Source: a virus. From it: 64,000 nucleotides of DNA. This document shows, piece after piece, positions 1-9,435 of this stretch (the first letter of the stretch is position 1; each line of letters starts with the position of its first letter). The DNA lies in IMG/VR virus record IMGVR_UViG_3300041097_000006. One strand, given 5' to 3'. Below the pieces are notes generated by a model. That model saw nothing but the letters and a program-made list of their open reading frames with translations, was not told where the DNA came from and searched no databases. Position numbers and translations under genes: made by a program.

Positions 1-398
1 ATGCTCCTATGCCAAATGGTTAGTAACAACGTCCGGCGGTACAGGCCGGGTTCCGGCTCAAACAGGTCAAACTCCGAATCGAAGCGAATGGCATTAAAAT
101 ACGTCCCGCCCACGGTGCCCGAAAAATCAAGCAGCGCCGCCAGAAGAGCCGCCAGCGCGACCGAATCGTCATATTTTTTCGAGTAGCAATCCAGCTGCAC
201 CGACTCCCGCACTAGCGAGTCCGGACCGCAAAACGTGCTGGCCCTCGGCCGCGCCGTGGTGGAGTACACGACGCACGGTCTCACGCTGCTGCCGCTCCAC
301 ACCTCCGCGGGGATCTGCACGGGGTACACCCGGGCCCCCACTACAGCAGCCACGCCGGGCAGTGACAGCACTAGAGTGCGAAAGTCCGCGCCCAGCAT
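1..398 (-). CDS. Tail terminator / DUF3168-like protein (cut by window edge; complete copy at 38477-38878)
   Basis: MLGADFRTLV...GARVYPVQIP...P.VVY...VQLDCYS...F..EPGLYRR; lies between gp10-like and tail tube genes. Confidence 0.8.
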   Translation of the reverse strand, partial: MLGADFRTLVLSLPGVAAVVGARVYPVQIPAEVWSGSSVRPCVVYSTTARPRASTFCGPDSLVRESVQLDCYSKKYDDSVALAALLAALLDFSGTVGGTYFNAIRFDSEFDLFEPEPGLYRRTLLLTIWHRS

Positions 399-844
399 CA
401 GCCCCTCCCCGTCCGTGCGATTTTCTGCAACCGGCGGCGCAGATCCGCAACCATTTTGCCCTGCACCTGCGACTGCGCCGACGCGAAGGCCGGCCTGAGC
501 CAAGGGTTTTTCGGAATTTTCGCTGTTCCGAATTCCAAAAACTGCACGGCGTAAAACGCCTCCCGGCGGACCCCCATCACAGCGCGGAAGCGCCCGTTCA
601 CCCTATTCCGCGTGACGGCGATGCGGAGTGACCGCGACGCGAACCCGGGGGCCACCAGGCGCCCCTTGTACGTGCGATGCGCCCGGCCGCTGCGGTTCAA
701 TGCCGCCGCCCGCGCCTTGGCGGGCGCGACGGCCTGGCGCATCGCGGCCCGCAGGATGCCGCGGATGACGTTCGCCTCCCCGGTGGCACCGACGGCCGCC
801 AGTTTCCGGTTCAGGTCCGCGGCGCCCTTCAGTTCAGCGGCCAT
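398..844 (-). CDS. HK97 gp10-like neck/tail-completion protein
   Basis: MAAELKGAADL...AFYAVQFLEFGTAKIPKNPWLRPAF motif; start trimmed to ATG at 844. Confidence 0.85.
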   Translation of the reverse strand: MAAELKGAADLNRKLAAVGATGEANVIRGILRAAMRQAVAPAKARAAALNRSGRAHRTYKGRLVAPGFASRSLRIAVTRNRVNGRFRAVMGVRREAFYAVQFLEFGTAKIPKNPWLRPAFASAQSQVQGKMVADLRRRLQKIARTGRG

Positions 845-906
845 GGATTTTCGCCCGCAACAGCCGCAGAATCTCGGCCAGCCTCGCCCGCGCCCGCTCG
901 CATCGG

Positions 907-1272
907 TCACACGTCTTTGTCATTACGCACCCCGTCCGATTCGACCAGCCGGCACATGAGTTCGACCATCCGCCGCCGGCCGTTCACATCAATCACGTCG
1001 GTAATTTCCAGCGTCATATACTCCGTGGTGCCCTCCGCCAGGTATCGCAGCCGCTGATTCGTGCGGTATCCGGGCAGATACCTGGTGCGGACCAGGTAGG
1101 ACTGCGCAGTCTCGAACTGCCGCGCGGCCAGAAACCGGGAGCCGCGCAGCGGCTCAACCTCGGCCCACACGGTGCCCGAGTCCTGCCACGCCAGTTCCAC
1201 CGCACCGGAGGCCACCGCGGACTCAACGGCCTCCTGCACGATCACGCGATGGCGGAGGCGCCCAGCTCTCAC
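907..1272 (-). CDS. Head-closure / head-tail adaptor (SPP1 gp16-like)
   Basis: (M)RAGRLRHRVIVQ...W..VWAEVEPLRG..F..A...RTRY...EI..VIDVNGRRR.VEL.C; GTG start overlapping the upstream stop. Confidence 0.88.
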   Translation of the reverse strand: MRAGRLRHRVIVQEAVESAVASGAVELAWQDSGTVWAEVEPLRGSRFLAARQFETAQSYLVRTRYLPGYRTNQRLRYLAEGTTEYMTLEITDVIDVNGRRRMVELMCRLVESDGVRNDKDV

Positions 1273-1865
1273 AGGATCGCCCTCCGAAACGTCCGCAGCA
1301 ACTGCCACACGCCAAGCGGCACCTCGGCAACGGTGGTGCCAGTAATGGTCTGCTCGCGGTTTTCGTACAGGTGGCCCACGACCAGCAGGGCGGCTTGTTT
1401 GATCCGCAGGGGCAGGGGGTCCTCGTCGGCCGGGCTCAGGCTGTCGGTGTAGCCCGCCGTGAAATCGACTTGCACGGAGTCCGGCCAGTGCCGATGCTCC
1501 GGGTAATCCGCCTGCCAGGACCGCACCACGTGGCCTTCCGATGTGACCTCATACAACGCGGGGTCCAGCACCTGACGCACGCCGTCCGTGTCCAGGTACG
1601 TCACCTGCGCCACGCTCCGCACCGGCCGCAGCGGTAGGACAATGGTATCCGGTAGGTCGTCCAGCGCGTACCGCCAGTCCGAGGGCGAAACGGACAGCCC
1701 ACAGTGGTCTTCGACGTACTCCCGGGCCACGGTGACCATCGAGGTAATCAGGTCTAGGTCGGGGTGCGCCGGACTCTCGCCGTACCCATCCACGCGGAGA
1801 TGCGTAAACGCCTCGGCCACGGTGACCGGCTCCCACGCCGGTTGTGTCAGTCGAACTAGGCTCAC
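1269..1865 (-). CDS. Head-tail connector (HK97 gp6-like)
   Basis: EPVTVAEAFTHLRVD...LITSMVTVAREYVE...V.VDFTAGY...IKQAALLVVGHLYENRE. Confidence 0.92.
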   Translation of the reverse strand: MSLVRLTQPAWEPVTVAEAFTHLRVDGYGESPAHPDLDLITSMVTVAREYVEDHCGLSVSPSDWRYALDDLPDTIVLPLRPVRSVAQVTYLDTDGVRQVLDPALYEVTSEGHVVRSWQADYPEHRHWPDSVQVDFTAGYTDSLSPADEDPLPLRIKQAALLVVGHLYENREQTITGTTVAEVPLGVWQLLRTFRRAIL

Positions 1866-2491
1866 GCCGCGGCCCTCCGGAAAACGAACGTCTCAATGTC
1901 CTCCCGCCCCGCTGACTGCTCCATGCTGTTCGCATGGCACTGCTCCAACCCGAACCGCCCCATGAAATCCCGAATGCCCTCGCGGGTGAAATACCAGCAG
2001 TGTTCGTCCCGCCTGTAATGCTTCGACCCCATCACATGCGCGGCGTCGCGGAACACGGGGCAGGACACGAACACGTAGGACTGCACGGACTGGAGCAGCT
2101 GCGAGGGGTTGTGAATGTGCTCCAGCGAATCCCAAAAGCACAGCGCCCCCGCCGGCTCCGCGTAGGGGTCCGCCCACCGGCCAGTTTCCCGCAGCCAGGC
2201 TTCGGCGTATCGATTCACGTCGTACCCGCGGGCACCCCGTTTTTCCGTCACGAAACGCCCGCCCCCGATGCCAACGTCGACCACGCCGCCGTTATAGAAG
2301 CATTCCACCAGGTCGATGCGCATCTCCGTGAGCCGGGCGCCGATGGAAGTCTGGTCCATTTGCAGGTATCGCTCCCAATACGCTAGGCCATACGGGGCCT
2401 CGCGCACGGGATACCAGCCGATGCCCCGGTCAGGCAGCCAAATCAGCTGATCGGCGGTCAGCGAATCGAGTAGCGAATAATCGAGCGTCAT
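1862..2491 (-). CDS. Class I SAM-dependent methyltransferase (Methyltransf_23-like, probably glycan/small-molecule)
   Basis: VVDVGIGGGRFV motif I, GYDVN, CFWDSLEHI, EHCWYFT; start trimmed to MTLDY. Confidence 0.8.
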   Translation of the reverse strand: MTLDYSLLDSLTADQLIWLPDRGIGWYPVREAPYGLAYWERYLQMDQTSIGARLTEMRIDLVECFYNGGVVDVGIGGGRFVTEKRGARGYDVNRYAEAWLRETGRWADPYAEPAGALCFWDSLEHIHNPSQLLQSVQSYVFVSCPVFRDAAHVMGSKHYRRDEHCWYFTREGIRDFMGRFGLEQCHANSMEQSAGREDIETFVFRRAAA

Positions 2492-3320
2492 GATCGAACC
2501 CACTGATGGTTTTATTGCACGCGTGGCCCCACGAACTACAACGGCAGAATTCATCCGGCATCGCCGGGAAAATCCGATGCCCCCCGACCAGGGGACCTAA
2601 CAGCCGCTCCGGCCCGTTATCCGCCCCCCACCCTCCGAATACCAGCAGCAACGGGGTGCCAAACGTCAGGGCCGCGGGCACGACCCACCCGGGGCCGCCG
2701 ACTGCACACGCGGCCCGCGCGAACGCCCCCATCAGATCCGCCGGATGGACCTCCCCCGCATACCACCGGCCGTCCAGCCGCGGCTGCGGCCCTGGCGCGA
2801 GCCATTCGTCGCGGCCATGCAGATCCGCGAACCCGTAAGCCCGGAGCCCCGCCTCGACTGCCGCCGCAACCCCCCGCGCCAGGTACTGAGGGTCGGGGTT
2901 GCGCGCGTCCGCCCGCCACTCCGCCCGAATCGTGGCGGGCCGAAAAAACACGTAGGGGCTACCGCCCGGCGTAAACGCCCCCACCGGGGGCGGAACGAAC
3001 TCCGCCGGGCGCCGTGCCTCGCCGAGGTCGTCAAGCAATGCCTCCGTGATCGACACCCCCTTGCGGGCGGCGTAGTGCCAGCGCCGCACCGTGGCGCCCG
3101 CGGGGGCGGCGTGCCAGGACGACGCCGGCTGGCGCCTCACGTTCTTGCCCTGCGTGCGCAGCTTCGTGTTCGGCCGCACGCATTTGATTGGCATATCGGC
3201 GTAAAGCTCCGGCCAGGGGGTTGCGAGATACACCCCCTCCCACCCGAGCGCACGCAACACCGCCCGTTGATACAGGTTGTCCCCGAGGCCGTGCATGCCC
3301 TCAATCAGCAACGGTCTCAA
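2430..3320 (-). CDS. GT-B glycosyltransferase, GT9/heptosyltransferase-like
   Basis: N-terminal GMHGLGDNLYQRAVLRAL and C-terminal VGGPGWVVPAALTFGTPLLLVFGG; probable TTG start after GGAGG (start uncertain). Confidence 0.7.
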   Translation of the reverse strand: MRPLLIEGMHGLGDNLYQRAVLRALGWEGVYLATPWPELYADMPIKCVRPNTKLRTQGKNVRRQPASSWHAAPAGATVRRWHYAARKGVSITEALLDDLGEARRPAEFVPPPVGAFTPGGSPYVFFRPATIRAEWRADARNPDPQYLARGVAAAVEAGLRAYGFADLHGRDEWLAPGPQPRLDGRWYAGEVHPADLMGAFARAACAVGGPGWVVPAALTFGTPLLLVFGGWGADNGPERLLGPLVGGHRIFPAMPDEFCRCSSWGHACNKTISGFDHDARLFATRFADRRSADLAA

Positions 3321-4047
3321 GGGGCCTCCGCTCGAAACACCGTAGCGCGGTCTCGCGCGACGCATTGATGACCTCCACCCCGTTGAGCGCCAGGTCCAGC
3401 GCCAACGGCCCGAATTTTTCGATCCACACGTCATACGGAGATTCAACGTTCAGGCCCGCCGGGTGGTCACCGAACCAGTGCTTGCGGCCCCCTTTGCCCC
3501 TCCGCATGTCAAACCCGAGCAGCACCATGCGGGACGCTCCGGCATGGTATGCCAGGTTCATAGCCTGATATCCGGAGTTTCCACCCTCATGGATACGCCC
3601 CGCATCGAGGCACAGGCCCCGCCCGTTCGATGACGGGACGTGGTGCAGGCCGTACTGCGCGGCAGCCTCCGAGTCCCGCGTGTAGCACTTGCCGCGCAGA
3701 CCCGCCGGCAAGTCGGCATGATGCGCACGCCAGAATTTCCCATCGCACGCATACAGCGCGTCCAGCTCCGGCAGCATGCGATACGCATCATTCACACCGA
3801 GCATCTTCCAGCCGCGCGCTTTCGCCGCACGCACGTCCGATTCCACCAGGGACGGGCCGCCCGCGACGATACACACCGTGGCCCGCTCCCACATGCACCG
3901 GTACGCCGGGGCGGATACCAGGCGGCACGCCTGCCCGCGGGCCTCCAGTCGGGCCGCGCGCTGCGGGGTGACGTGCACAACGTCCCCCGGCATCGGCTTG
4001 CCTTCCGTGCCCACGTAGCGCCGCAAGACTCGCATTGCAATTTGCAT
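3301..4047 (-). CDS. DUF115/MAF_flag10 (Maf-like) putative glycosyltransferase with short N-terminal extension
   Basis: CIVAGGPSL...GVNDAY...LYACD..W...GGNSGYQAMNLAYHAGASRMVLLGFDM...VINAS. Confidence 0.7.
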   Translation of the reverse strand: MQIAMRVLRRYVGTEGKPMPGDVVHVTPQRAARLEARGQACRLVSAPAYRCMWERATVCIVAGGPSLVESDVRAAKARGWKMLGVNDAYRMLPELDALYACDGKFWRAHHADLPAGLRGKCYTRDSEAAAQYGLHHVPSSNGRGLCLDAGRIHEGGNSGYQAMNLAYHAGASRMVLLGFDMRRGKGGRKHWFGDHPAGLNVESPYDVWIEKFGPLALDLALNGVEVINASRETALRCFERRPLETVAD

Positions 4048-4104
4048 AACGCCCCCGGGGAAAAAGGGGGCCGGCCCCACAGACCGACCCCAACCCCGCC
4101 CCTG

Positions 4105-5322
4105 TTAGAACGTGCCCGTCACCAGCGCGAGCGGCCGATAGACCGTTAGAGCCAGGCGCTCTTCGCACAGGATCGCCACCATGTTTTTCACGAAAAAATC
4201 GCTGTGCGATTCGCTGATGCGGATGTTGGCATCCTCCCGGTCCCACACCTGCGCGCCCAGCTGGAACGCTCCCACCAGGAACGACCCCGTGGCCATGCTG
4301 TTCGTCGGCACCACCGGGCGGCCCCACACCATCGGGGCGCGCTGCATGGACGGGTCGCCGAACAGATAACGGCCCTGCGTGTCCTTGAGCAGCAGCAGTT
4401 CGGCCCAATCGACATGAGACAGCACCACGCCGTCCCCGACGTACTCGGAGCCGGTGGTCACCTGGAGCAGCGCCCGGAGGATCGTATCAAGCCGCTGGTC
4501 TCCCGACACCGCGCCGGAATACGCCGTGGCCTGGTTCATGAGGCCGTCCAGCGTGCCGCCGGTGCCGTCGCCGTTGAGGATTTCGTCCTCTTCCTCCAGC
4601 TTGAGACCGTAGGTCAGGCGGTTATCGATGTACCCCATCAGCATGCCGGCATCGGACAGCACCTGGCGCGATGCGGGAATCCAGTGCGCCACGGTGATAA
4701 CCGCCGCGGATTCGAGCGTGAACGTGATGCCCGATTCGGCCTTCGCCACGTTTTCACGGTTCGGGCTCGAATACTGCGGCGCCGCGGAATTTGTGAAAAC
4801 GTTTTCGCGGGCATACTCCACCACGTTGGACCCCGTGACCCCAGTGGGGATCAAGCTGCGGATGGTAAGCTGCCGCTCGGATGGCATGACCATCGCCACC
4901 CGATCCGCGGGGACCAGGGGCTGGCTGGCGCCGGTGGCGTTGACGATAGCCGTCTTGCTCGGAAACAGCGTTTTCAGAGCAACGGCGTCCATCGCCTTCG
5001 CCCGCGAACCCAGCGCGGCCGCGGCCCTCCACTCGTCGGACTCCGCCACCAGTTGACCGGGCGTCTTGACGCCGCGGGCTTCCGGCTCGACGTGGCGTTT
5101 CAGGGCGGCATCGGCCTTCTGCTCGGCGTCCAGGATGCGCGCTTGCAGCTCGGTCGACTTCTCTCCGAGCTTGACCAGCTCTTCGTTCGTCTTGGTGGTG
5201 ATCGCCGAAAGCGTCTTGACCTCGTGCAGGGCCTGATCCATCGCCTGCTGAGTCTGATCCTTCACGTCCTTGAGGCCCTGCTTCAAGACCTCCTGCACTT
5301 CCTTGATTTCATCGGGTTCCAT
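4105..5322 (-). CDS. Major capsid protein, HK97 family (with coiled-coil delta domain)
   Basis: N-terminal coiled coil; KAES.ITF...TVAHWIPASRQVLSDA, EEDEILNGDGTG, FVKNMVAILCEERLALTVYRP. Confidence 0.97.
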   Translation of the reverse strand: MEPDEIKEVQEVLKQGLKDVKDQTQQAMDQALHEVKTLSAITTKTNEELVKLGEKSTELQARILDAEQKADAALKRHVEPEARGVKTPGQLVAESDEWRAAAALGSRAKAMDAVALKTLFPSKTAIVNATGASQPLVPADRVAMVMPSERQLTIRSLIPTGVTGSNVVEYARENVFTNSAAPQYSSPNRENVAKAESGITFTLESAAVITVAHWIPASRQVLSDAGMLMGYIDNRLTYGLKLEEEDEILNGDGTGGTLDGLMNQATAYSGAVSGDQRLDTILRALLQVTTGSEYVGDGVVLSHVDWAELLLLKDTQGRYLFGDPSMQRAPMVWGRPVVPTNSMATGSFLVGAFQLGAQVWDREDANIRISESHSDFFVKNMVAILCEERLALTVYRPLALVTGTF

Positions 5323-5333
5323 CTTGCATTCCT

Positions 5334-5936
5334 TTAAAAAGCGTTGAATTCGTTCCGCATAACTTCCGCCAGGCTGGGCGCAGCGTCCCGCCGTCCCGAC
5401 ATCGTGCGGAATCCCCCCGCAGCAATGGTAACCGCCTGGGTCTTGCTAAACCCTGCATCCCGCAGGAATTCCTCAAATTCTCGAATGGTCTTGACCGCAG
5501 ATACGCCGGCCGCCACGTTCATCGGGAACGTCACCAACGAAATTTCCCACAGCTTAAGCGCGGTCAACTTACGCACTCCACCCTTCGTAATCTCCGCCCC
5601 GCCCGGCAGCACGTCGTACCCAAACGACATGCCGCGCACACTGCGCGCCTTCATGTGCGCTAGGGCCACCTGAGAACGGGGATCTTCCAAGACCAGGCGC
5701 CCCTCGAACGCGAGGCCGTGCTTGTCACTCTTGACCCGCGCGGTGCCAATGGGCTGGTCCGAACGATGCTGCCACAGCATGACGACGCGGCCATCGGCGT
5801 TCGCCTCAAACTCCTTGAACGCCCCGGCTTGCACCACGTCGCCGCCGCGGTCCACGTTGCCGTACACTGACGCGTAGCCGGAGAACTCCCCCGCATCGTC
5901 CGCCTTGAACTCCGTTTCGCATGACAAGAATTTCAT
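5334..5936 (-). CDS. Prohead maturation protease (HK97 gp4 / peptidase S78)
   Basis: FSGYASVYGNVDRGGDVV..GAF, MLWQH...PIG, GMSFGY, LWEISLVTFPMN. Confidence 0.96.
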   Translation of the reverse strand: MKFLSCETEFKADDAGEFSGYASVYGNVDRGGDVVQAGAFKEFEANADGRVVMLWQHRSDQPIGTARVKSDKHGLAFEGRLVLEDPRSQVALAHMKARSVRGMSFGYDVLPGGAEITKGGVRKLTALKLWEISLVTFPMNVAAGVSAVKTIREFEEFLRDAGFSKTQAVTIAAGGFRTMSGRRDAAPSLAEVMRNEFNAF

Positions 5937-7168
5937 GCCTCACCCCCTGTTCCGATCTGTGATACCGGCGCCATGTTAACCTGCGCGGTGTAGGCACTCA
6001 TGCCGGGGTCATCGGACGGCGCTAAGTTCTCGCGCACGCGGACTTCATTCCGCGACATGACGCCGTTTTGCAAGAACACCGAGTACAACCCGGCCCGGCC
6101 CGGCGCATCGGCCCGACGCAGCGCGTCCACATCGAACCGGAGGAAATACCGGCCCCGCTGTTCCACGGGCAGCAGCGCCCGGGCAAAGCTTTGCTCGTAC
6201 CGCGTCAGGTACGGTAGGAGCGTGAATTGTAAAAACCCCTCGGCATATTTTTCCAAGCTGTTGTAACTCGCCGAATCCTGGGCCATGACCAGATATGGCG
6301 GCACCCGGTAGATGCGGCATATCTCTTCGACCTCGAACTTCCGTGTCTCAAGAAACTGCGCGTCTTCAAGCGGCATAGTAACCTGCTTGATGTCCATGCC
6401 GCCTTCGAGCAGCTTCACACTATGCGCGTTGGTTAAGCCGGTCCAAAGGTCGTTCAGGATCTTCCGCGCGGTCTCACGCTCTTTGTCGCCCAGCCAGTCC
6501 TTTGCCAGCACCACCGCGCTAGACACCGCACCCTGCTTGAAAAACCGTGCCCCGAAACTCTCGGCGGCCAGGCCGTACCCGATAGCCTGCCGGGCGTACC
6601 CAACCGGCGAGAGCCCCAGGTACCCGTTACTGCCAAACCCTTTGAGGTGCCACACCGCGGACTGCGGTAGCAGCGCACCCCCGCGCCGGTACTCCATCGT
6701 CCCGTCGGACAGCACCCGCGCCGTAATCGTCGGGTCCGGGGTAATTGACGTAGGCATGCCCCGTGTGACCGACCGCTCCACGTAGCTATAGGAATTCCCC
6801 GCGAGACACAGGGCCGATACTTGCGCCTCGCGCAGATCCTGCGGGGTCATCCACAGGTTCGGGCTGCCGTTCAGCAGGCCAGCCAGTTCATGGTCCAAGA
6901 CCGGAACCGCGGTGCCGTCCCTGCGCCGCTCGTAGATACCCCAAGGTAGGCCCGCGATGGTCTCCGACAACAGGCGCACGCATGACCACACAGTGGTCAG
7001 GCGGAGAGCCGTATCCTCCGAGATGGTGATACCCGCGTCGGTATCGACGCCCAGGATGCGCCGAATAAACGCTTCGTCCGTGAGCGAGTACGTGCGGCCC
7101 CCGGCGGCCTTCGTGCCGCCGAACAAGCGCCGCAGCAACCCGCCTACAGGACGGGGTTGTTTAGCCAT
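5933..7168 (-). CDS. Portal protein, HK97 family
   Basis: VWSCVRLLSETIAGLPW, GLSPV.YAR..IG, DAQFLETRKF.VEEICRIYRVPP, GVMSRNEVR..ENL. Confidence 0.96.
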   Translation of the reverse strand: MAKQPRPVGGLLRRLFGGTKAAGGRTYSLTDEAFIRRILGVDTDAGITISEDTALRLTTVWSCVRLLSETIAGLPWGIYERRRDGTAVPVLDHELAGLLNGSPNLWMTPQDLREAQVSALCLAGNSYSYVERSVTRGMPTSITPDPTITARVLSDGTMEYRRGGALLPQSAVWHLKGFGSNGYLGLSPVGYARQAIGYGLAAESFGARFFKQGAVSSAVVLAKDWLGDKERETARKILNDLWTGLTNAHSVKLLEGGMDIKQVTMPLEDAQFLETRKFEVEEICRIYRVPPYLVMAQDSASYNSLEKYAEGFLQFTLLPYLTRYEQSFARALLPVEQRGRYFLRFDVDALRRADAPGRAGLYSVFLQNGVMSRNEVRVRENLAPSDDPGMSAYTAQVNMAPVSQIGTGGEA

Positions 7169-8850
7169 CCAGATATCCCCTTGTCTTCCTCGCTCCGCAC
7201 CGCAGCCCGCGACATGCCCATGAATATGGCAATCGCCCCGTCAATTTTCTGATCCGCCGCTTGCTTGACGGGTGAGTGCAGCCCCTTCGTGCTCGGCTTC
7301 CCAACAACGTTCGACAGGCACCACGTGGTGACCGGGTTCCCGTCGTGGTGCACTCGCCCGTCCACCAGGGCGGCGATGAAGTCGTCAACCGGCAGGGCGA
7401 AATTCCACGGTTTCTGCTGGAACTCTACTATATCTAGGGAATCGCCGACAATCTCCCCCACATCTAGGGCTACCTGCTGCGCGTTGAAAGGGTCGAAGAT
7501 GAATTCCCGGGCCCCGTAGGTGCGCAAGTCCGCGGCCACCTGCTCGGTAATCAGGCCGAAGTCCACCACCGCGCCGAGGGTCGGGGTGAGATGCCCCTCG
7601 CGCACCCACCGTTCATAGCTGGTACGGTTTTTCCCAGGGGCCTCGATGGTCTCCTGGGGAAGCCAGTACCGGCCGAACAGGTAGTAGTGGGGCTTTCCGT
7701 CCAGATACTTACGGAATGTATAGCTGGCAGCGCACAGGTCGATCTTGGACGCCATATCCAGAGACCCGAAACACTCGCACCCCGCGAGGTCCGCCGGCAT
7801 CAACAGCGGGTCCGCTGCGCGCTGCCAGTGCGCCAGGGGGATCAGCTGCGAACCAGCGCCGCACCACGCATTCAGGTGCTTGGTCTTGAACCGCGCCTGT
7901 GTTGCCGGCGTCATGATGGCCGCCCGCTGTTGCGCAATCAAAAAATCCTCGAACACGGAAACCCCGTAGTTGGGGTTCGCCTTCCGCAGCGCGGCCGGGT
8001 CCGTCCAGTCGTCGGCGTCGTCGATGCCGTAGAGCAGCCCGAACGCCTCGGGGTCGTCGATGACACCCTCCAGGATTTTTTTCACCCCCTGTTCATGCTC
8101 GTAGCATGGGCCTGCCAGGTTGTCCCCGGCGGTGGTGATAATCAACAGCAGTGGCTGCTCTCGCGCGCCCATGCCGGTCTGCATCGTGTCCACTAGATCC
8201 GGTACAGCATGCTCATGGTATTCATCAACAATGGCCGCGTGCGGGCTGGCGCCGTCCCCAGGTTTTCCAATGACGGGCTCGAACCGCGAGAAGTCCGCCT
8301 CGATAACCATCGAAGCTTTCAGTACCTCAATCCCGGCCGCCTCCAGCAAGTCCGGCGTTTTCTCGGCCATGAGCCGCGCCGGCCGGAACACCTCCCACGC
8401 CTGCCTTTCCGTTGTGGCACCGCTGTACACCTCCGCACCGTGTTCCCCATCCGCGCAGAAGAGCGCCAGGCCGATGGCCGCGGCCAGTACTGACTTACCG
8501 TTCTTGCGGGGGATTCGCAAGTATGCCGAACGGAAACGGCGCAGGCCGTCCTTATGACGCCGCCATCCGAAAATGTTGCACACGATGAACGACTGCCACG
8601 GTGCCAGTATCAGCATCTGCCGTTGCGCGGCCCACTTGCCCTTGACGTGCGGCAGAGCCTCGATGAACCGACACACGCGCTCGGCTTCGTCGACGTCGAA
8701 ATAGTACGGGTGCCCCGGCGTGTCTGACTCGGCCAGGTCGTTCAGGAACCGTTCGCACGCGCGGACTACCCACGCGCAATTGGGGATGGCCCCGTCGATT
8801 ACACCGTGCGCATAATCGAGTGCTGCCTGGACGTGGGGGCAATCAGCCAC
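7144..8850 (-). CDS. terL: Terminase large subunit (Terminase_1, HK97-like)
   Basis: Walker A IPRKNGKS, Walker B IVDEYHEH, ITTAG, nuclease LDMASKIDL and KIDGAIA. Confidence 0.97.
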   Translation of the reverse strand: MADCPHVQAALDYAHGVIDGAIPNCAWVVRACERFLNDLAESDTPGHPYYFDVDEAERVCRFIEALPHVKGKWAAQRQMLILAPWQSFIVCNIFGWRRHKDGLRRFRSAYLRIPRKNGKSVLAAAIGLALFCADGEHGAEVYSGATTERQAWEVFRPARLMAEKTPDLLEAAGIEVLKASMVIEADFSRFEPVIGKPGDGASPHAAIVDEYHEHAVPDLVDTMQTGMGAREQPLLLIITTAGDNLAGPCYEHEQGVKKILEGVIDDPEAFGLLYGIDDADDWTDPAALRKANPNYGVSVFEDFLIAQQRAAIMTPATQARFKTKHLNAWCGAGSQLIPLAHWQRAADPLLMPADLAGCECFGSLDMASKIDLCAASYTFRKYLDGKPHYYLFGRYWLPQETIEAPGKNRTSYERWVREGHLTPTLGAVVDFGLITEQVAADLRTYGAREFIFDPFNAQQVALDVGEIVGDSLDIVEFQQKPWNFALPVDDFIAALVDGRVHHDGNPVTTWCLSNVVGKPSTKGLHSPVKQAADQKIDGAIAIFMGMSRAAVRSEEDKGISGWLNNPVL

Positions 8851-9274
8851 GTGAGAGCAGCCCTCTGAACGCGTTCGCTCTTGGTGCCACGGGCAGACCG
8901 CGCATGACCTCCCCGCGCCCGGTGGGCGTCAGGCCCAGAGCCCGTAGGATCACGAACAGCCGGTTCAGCAAAGCCGGTTCCATGAACGCCCCATCCGCGC
9001 GGAACCGCGTCAGCAGGACCGCGGCCATCTCCACCACGAAGGCATCCGAAGTTTTCAGGGCCCCGGGAGGGGCGGCCCGTACCAGTTCGGCATAGCACAG
9101 AGCCGACTCCCACCCCATGTGATCGGGCGGAATGGGCTCCAGATCGGGCAAGCCCCCGGGTGCAGGTGTGCCCCCGGGTGCAGGCGGGCCGGAGGGCGCC
9201 GGGGCGGCGCGACGCTGCGGGTTTTTTTTGTACGCCCCCCGCAGCTCTAGGACGTTGGTCGGTAGCCGGCGCAT
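8843..9274 (-). CDS. terS: Terminase small subunit (P27 family)
   Basis: RRLPTNVLELRG N-terminus, LGLTPTGR C-terminal motif, directly upstream of terL. Confidence 0.88.
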   Translation of the reverse strand: MRRLPTNVLELRGAYKKNPQRRAAPAPSGPPAPGGTPAPGGLPDLEPIPPDHMGWESALCYAELVRAAPPGALKTSDAFVVEMAAVLLTRFRADGAFMEPALLNRLFVILRALGLTPTGRGEVMRGLPVAPRANAFRGLLSRG

Positions 9275-9381
9275 CGCAGCATCCATCTAGTGGGTAGACG
9301 GATGCCTAATACTAGATGTAGGGGGGTTATGTCAAGGCGGGTCCCGGGGGAGGGGGCGTTAACCGACGGAATCCGGCGATG

Positions 9382-9435
9382 AACACGTTGCAGCGGACGG
9401 GCCTGACGGCCCTCCGCTGAATTCACACGTTAGGT
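9382..9435 (+). repeat. attC: attC site 1, truncated (L'', L', R' present; R'' missing)
   Basis: AACAC GTTGCAGC GGACGGGCCTGACGGCCCTCC GCTGAAT TCACAC GTTAGGT; the 7 bp where R'' should be read GGCGATG. Confidence 0.75.

Noticed and set aside
4044-4130. GCATAAC...GTTAGAA between the capsid and Maf-like genes as an extra attC
   Set aside because: No L''/L' boxes at the required spacing and no complementary arms; other isolated CTAAC hits (2598, 16247, 22547, 26102) fail likewise.
4204-5337. 377-aa + strand ORF, and similar antisense ORFs (19200-20066, 30154-31026, 36075-36695)
   Set aside because: Arg/Gly/His-rich shadow ORFs opposite well-supported genes, expected in high-GC DNA.
9284-9340. 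TTGACA and an 8-bp inverted repeat upstream of terS as a defined late promoter
   Set aside because: The best -10 candidates fall at 15 or 18 bp spacing with weak matches; not enough support to call.
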